Translations under genes and position numbers: made by a program
Notes under the pieces: model-generated
The model's database searches: none
Told to the model about the DNA's origin: nothing
What the model saw: the letters and a program-made list of their open reading frames with translations, nothing else
NCBI GenBank assembly: GCA_965220085.1
Contig: CBDCOZ010000003.1
Span: 576,001 to 640,000, forward strand
Length of the DNA stretch: 64,000 bases
From: Candidatus Oxydemutatoraceae bacterium
Lineage (GTDB): Bacteria; Pseudomonadota; Gammaproteobacteria; Poriferisulfidales; Oxydemutatoraceae
Direction: 5' to 3'
Part shown: one piece after another, positions 60,187 to 64,000 of the stretch
How the letters are laid out: each line of letters starts with the position of its first letter
Numbering within the stretch: position 1 is the first letter of the stretch

Positions 60187-60458
60187 TGCGCGGAGCCGTC
60201 GTTTTTTTGATCAAAGCGTACCGGTTTTTGCTCAGCCCCTGGCTCGGCATGCATTGTCGCTTCGCGCCGACCTGTTCGGCGTATGCGCAGGAAGCGGTGA
60301 TGACGCACGGCACGGTCAAAGGCTTGTATATGGCGATCCGACGCATATTGCGTTGCCATCCGTTTGCGCCCGGCGGTTATGACCCGGTGGCAGCGCCTCG
60401 CAATGCGCGTGATAAAATGGCCGCCGACGATCGCAAGCATAATGACATTGACAGATGA
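60183..60458 (+). CDS. yidD: Membrane protein insertion efficiency factor
   Basis: [26 protein letters not shown]. Confidence 0.93.
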   Translation: MMRGAVVFLIKAYRFLLSPWLGMHCRFAPTCSAYAQEAVMTHGTVKGLYMAIRRILRCHPFAPGGYDPVAAPRNARDKMAADDRKHNDIDR

Positions 60459-60946
60459 AAAAGACAGGCGAAGCGAACAAATCGGTTTTTGCGCAGCGAC
60501 AGAGCGTTGCGCAAGTGGAAGAAGGCAACGCGCTCGCTCCCAAGTTTGACCAAGACGGGCTGATAGCGGCGGTGACGACCGACTATCAAAGCGGCGAGGT
60601 TTTGATGCACGGCTACATGAATTCAGAAGCGCTGGTGCGTTCCATTGAGACCGGCGAGGCGCACTACTGGAGCCGCAGCCGCAAATGCCTTTGGCACAAA
60701 GGCGCGACCAGCGGATTGGCGCAGAAGATCAAGCAGTTATTGATAGACGATGACCAGGATGCGATATGGTTGCGGGTCGAAGTGATCGGCGGCGCGAGTT
60801 GTCACGTCGGATATCGCTCGTGTTTCTATCGCGAGGTGCCGTTGCAAAAGGTAACGGGAGACATCGGCTTGCGCTTCACCGAAGACGACAAAGTGTTTGA
60901 TCCGGCGATCGTGTATAAAGGCCGTCCCAACCCGACGCGTCTTTAG
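60455..60946 (+). CDS. hisI: Phosphoribosyl-AMP cyclohydrolase
   Basis: [35 protein letters not shown]. Confidence 0.94.
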   Translation: MKKTGEANKSVFAQRQSVAQVEEGNALAPKFDQDGLIAAVTTDYQSGEVLMHGYMNSEALVRSIETGEAHYWSRSRKCLWHKGATSGLAQKIKQLLIDDDQDAIWLRVEVIGGASCHVGYRSCFYREVPLQKVTGDIGLRFTEDDKVFDPAIVYKGRPNPTRL

Positions 60947-60986
60947 TCAGAAAAACTGAAACCACGCATCGGCAAGCACAAAGGCC

Positions 60987-61255
60987 GCCGCAGCCGCAAA
61001 TGCCTTTGGCACAAAGGCGCGACCAGCGGATTGGCGCAGAAGATCAAGCAGTTATTGACAGACGATGATCAGGATGCGATATGGTTGCGGGTCGAAGTGA
61101 TTGGCGGCGCGAGTTGTCACGTCGGATATCGCTCGTGTTTCTATCGCGAGGCGCCGCTGCAAAAGGTAACGGGAGACTTGCGCTTCACCGAAGACGACAA
61201 AGTGTTTGATCCTGCAATCGCATATAAAGGCTGTCCCAACCCGACGCGTCTTTAG
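60987..61255 (+). pseudogene. Duplicated 3' half of hisI
   Basis: Near-identical to 60672-60946 with several substitutions and a 6-bp deletion. Confidence 0.92.
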
Positions 61256-61300
61256 ACTTGTGTCTGCGTTGCGGCAACGGCAACCGTCATCAAGCGGCGG

Positions 61301-61741
61301 TTAGAAGCCGGCTTCTTTGTACCAATAACGCGCGAGTTCCGGGTTCTTCTCTACCAGCCGGCCTTCTTCGTAGAGTGCGGCGAGGGTCGTCTTTGACCCC
61401 GCCAGCCCCTGTTTGGCGGCCTTGCCGAGCCACTCAACGGCCTTGTCCCCGTCTTGTTCCACGCCTTCGCCTTCCATATACATAAAACCGAGACCGTGCT
61501 GGGCCAGAGCGTGATCAGACTCCGCCGCTTTTTGCATCATCGCCGCGGCTTTTTGCGGGTTGGATACGGCGCCAAGACCGTTTTGATACATGATCGCGCA
61601 ACGATAGAGCGCCTCCGGGTGGCCGCTGTCGGCCATCGGGGTCAATAGCTGTAGCGCGCGTTTGAACTGCTTGGATTCAAACGCCGATATGCCGCTGGCC
61701 AGCGCGATATCCGTATTGTCGCTTGCGTCCGTTTTTTCCAC
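61301..61741 (-). CDS. Sel1-like repeat protein
   Basis: Three repeats of the type A...LG.MY..G.GV..D..KA..W..KAA..G. Confidence 0.9.
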   Translation of the reverse strand: MEKTDASDNTDIALASGISAFESKQFKRALQLLTPMADSGHPEALYRCAIMYQNGLGAVSNPQKAAAMMQKAAESDHALAQHGLGFMYMEGEGVEQDGDKAVEWLGKAAKQGLAGSKTTLAALYEEGRLVEKNPELARYWYKEAGF

Positions 61742-62670
61742 TACCGCACTCCTATGTCCGCGCCTTCCTTTTTCGCGGGAATCATATGCTCGCGCTTGAC
61801 GCCGAGCATCAACAGCAGCGAACTGGCGACATAAATAGACGAATAGGTGCCGATGACAACGCCGACCATCAGCGCGATGGCAAAGTTTCTGATGACCTCG
61901 CCGCCGAAGACCAGCAGCGCGAGCAACACCAGCATCGTCGTCAGCGATGTGATCAAGGTTCTCGACAAAGTGCGGTTGATGGCCTGATTGACGACTGTCA
62001 AAGAATCGGCTTTTATCTTTGACTTCAGGTAGCTTTCGCGGATGCGGTCGTATACGACGATGGTATCGTTGAGCGAGTAACCAATCACAGCGAGGATAGC
62101 GGCGAGCACCGTCAGGTTGAATTCAATTCCGGTAATGGAGAAGAAGCCGATGGTCGCGATCACATCGTGCGCCAATGCGATGATAGCGCCGATGGCAAAG
62201 CGGAACTCAAAGCGAAAACCGACATAGATGAGGATGCCTATCAGAGCGTAGAGCATGGCCAGCCCGCCGTCTTCGCGCAGTTCTTGGCCGATTTGCGGGC
62301 CGATAAACTCGGCGCGCCGCAGTTGTGTGCCTTCCTCTTTCAGTTGCGCAAATATTTGATTGCTGATAGTGGCTTGGGAAGTATCTTCCTGCGGCGCGAC
62401 CCGAATCAGCACCTCTTTCGCAGAGCCAAAGTGCTGTGCTTGCACATTGTCAAAACCGAGCTCGGCGATCTTTTCGCGCAGCGGCGGCAGGTCGACGGTG
62501 TCGGGATAGCCGATCTCTATCAGCGTGCCGCCGGTAAAATCTATCCCCAGCGCAAGCCAACGGGTGGACAGCGATATGACCGATGCCAGAATAACGAATA
62601 CCGATATCGCGAGGGCGATGCGTCTGTGGCGCATAAAGTTAAAGTTGGCGTTGGCTGCGATCGTTAACAT
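61741..62670 (-). CDS. secF: Protein translocase subunit SecF
   Basis: LGIDFTGG, GYSLNDTIVVYDRIRE, TLSRTLITS, GTYSSIYVA. Confidence 0.96.
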   Translation of the reverse strand: MLTIAANANFNFMRHRRIALAISVFVILASVISLSTRWLALGIDFTGGTLIEIGYPDTVDLPPLREKIAELGFDNVQAQHFGSAKEVLIRVAPQEDTSQATISNQIFAQLKEEGTQLRRAEFIGPQIGQELREDGGLAMLYALIGILIYVGFRFEFRFAIGAIIALAHDVIATIGFFSITGIEFNLTVLAAILAVIGYSLNDTIVVYDRIRESYLKSKIKADSLTVVNQAINRTLSRTLITSLTTMLVLLALLVFGGEVIRNFAIALMVGVVIGTYSSIYVASSLLLMLGVKREHMIPAKKEGADIGVR

Positions 62671-62674
62671 GGTT

Positions 62675-64000
62675 TCAGATTGCCAGTGTCTCGACTTTGC
62701 GCCGGCCATAGATCAACTGCGCTATCGTGCGCGTTCCGGTGATGGCGGTGAACATAGAGCAGACGATGCCGATGGAGAGCGTGACCGCAAAACCTTTGAT
62801 CGGGCCGGTGCCGAAGACGAACAATACCAAGGCGGCAATCAAGGTCGTGATATTGGCGTCGGCGATCGTGGAAAATGCCTGACGGTAGCCGTTTTCTATG
62901 CTGGCGCGCACATTGCTGCCGCTGGCGAGTTCTTGGCGAATGCGTTCAAATATCAGCACATTGGCGTCTACCGCCATACCGACGGTCAAGACGATGCCGA
63001 CGATTCCCGGCAACGTCAGCGCCGCTCCCGGAATCAGCGACATGACCGCGATGATGATGATCAGGTTGCTCGTCAGGGCCAGATTGGCCAGCAACCCGAA
63101 CACGCGGTAATACACCGCCATAAATACGATCACCAAAATGAAGCCGAGAATGATGGAGTTCATCCCTTGCTCGATATTTTCTTGGCCGAGGCTCGGGCCG
63201 ATCGTTTTCTCTTCTATGATTTCAACCGGCGCCGCCAGAGAGCCGGCGCGCAACAGCAGCGCGAGTTTGCGCGCTTCGCGGGGGGAGTCGAGCCCGGTGA
63301 TCTGAAAACGTTTGCCCAACTGCTCGTTGATTCTTGCGACATTGATCACTTCTCTGATCGTGCTCGTTTTCCTTTGCAATTCGTTGTTCTCATCAACATA
63401 GGTTTCGGTCTTGTTTTCAATAAAGACGACCGCCATCAGGCGCTTGACATTCGCCGCGGTCGCGCGGCTGAAGCGCGATGCGCCCTTGCCGTCCAGTGTG
63501 ATGTGTACGGCGGGCCCGCCGCTCTGCGAGTCTATGCCGGAGGCGGCGTCGATAACCGATTCTCCGGTCAGCAGAATCTTTTTCCGCAACAGCACGGGGC
63601 CGTCCTCGCGGCTCTCAAGCAACTCGGTGCCCGGCGGCGCGCGTCTCATGCTCTGCACTCGGCGCGCATCGTACTGTTCGGCGACCATCCTGAACTCCAG
63701 CGTCGCCGTCGCCCCCAGAATCTCTTTCGCTTGCGCGGTATCCTGTATCCCCGGCAACTGCACGACGATCCGATTGGCGCCTTGGCGGGCGATGACCGGC
63801 TCGGCGACCCCGAGCTCATTGACACGTTTGCGCAAGGTGAGGATATTCTGTTGCAGCGCAAGATCTTTGGTCGCCTTTATCTCGGCGTCGGATACGTTCA
63901 AAATCAATTGGCGGACATCGCCCTCGGCGGTTTCCCGCGCCGCGAACGTAAGGGGCATTTCGCGCTGTATGATGTCCAGCAGCCTGTCGCGCTCGGCGGC
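62675..64000 (-). CDS. secD: Protein translocase subunit SecD (5' end outside the window)
   Basis: RVNELGVAEP, IVVQLPG, LRAGSLAAP, GMAVDANVLIFERI, GPIKGFAVTL. Confidence 0.96.
   Translation of the reverse strand, partial: AAERDRLLDIIQREMPLTFAARETAEGDVRQLILNVSDAEIKATKDLALQQNILTLRKRVNELGVAEPVIARQGANRIVVQLPGIQDTAQAKEILGATATLEFRMVAEQYDARRVQSMRRAPPGTELLESREDGPVLLRKKILLTGESVIDAASGIDSQSGGPAVHITLDGKGASRFSRATAANVKRLMAVVFIENKTETYVDENNELQRKTSTIREVINVARINEQLGKRFQITGLDSPREARKLALLLRAGSLAAPVEIIEEKTIGPSLGQENIEQGMNSIILGFILVIVFMAVYYRVFGLLANLALTSNLIIIIAVMSLIPGAALTLPGIVGIVLTVGMAVDANVLIFERIRQELASGSNVRASIENGYRQAFSTIADANITTLIAALVLFVFGTGPIKGFAVTLSIGIVCSMFTAITGTRTIAQLIYGRRKVETLAI

Overview
Gammaproteobacterial chromosome segment, probably from a sulfur-oxidising, host-associated lineage (inferred from soeABC, mtoX and Ig/Sel1-rich genes). 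The backbone is housekeeping genes: mgtE and a PTS-Ntr cluster, fpr, soeABC, ugd, bamE/fur/recN/nadK/grpE/dnaK/dnaJ/dapB, mtoX, tmRNA, proA-nadD-rsfS-yhdP, rpsF-rpsR-rplI-dnaB-alr, sppA/rluC/rne/cysS/yidD/hisI and secDF. Three accessory loci interrupt it (about 6.3-14.3 kb, 41.1-44.6 kb and 50.0-53.5 kb). They encode a family of secreted, modular Ig/cadherin-like proteins that all end in the same amphipathic peptide, RLRLR(L/V/I)FLEGPLR-stop. There are five genes and two orphan 3' remnants. The loci share a homologous leader peptide, poly-C tracts in the leader of the first gene of each locus, a common tandem-promoter block and swapped internal modules. This is the best candidate for an undescribed surface-display or sorting system with phase variation. 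Other notable items: a DUF4928-like plus C5-methyltransferase cassette between 147-bp direct repeats that carry the motif; a dispersed CACAAAC repeat element, one copy inserted into an IS481 transposase with a 5-bp duplication; and a ribosomal protein S6 with 26 hexapeptide tail repeats. All family assignments come from motif recognition, not database searches.
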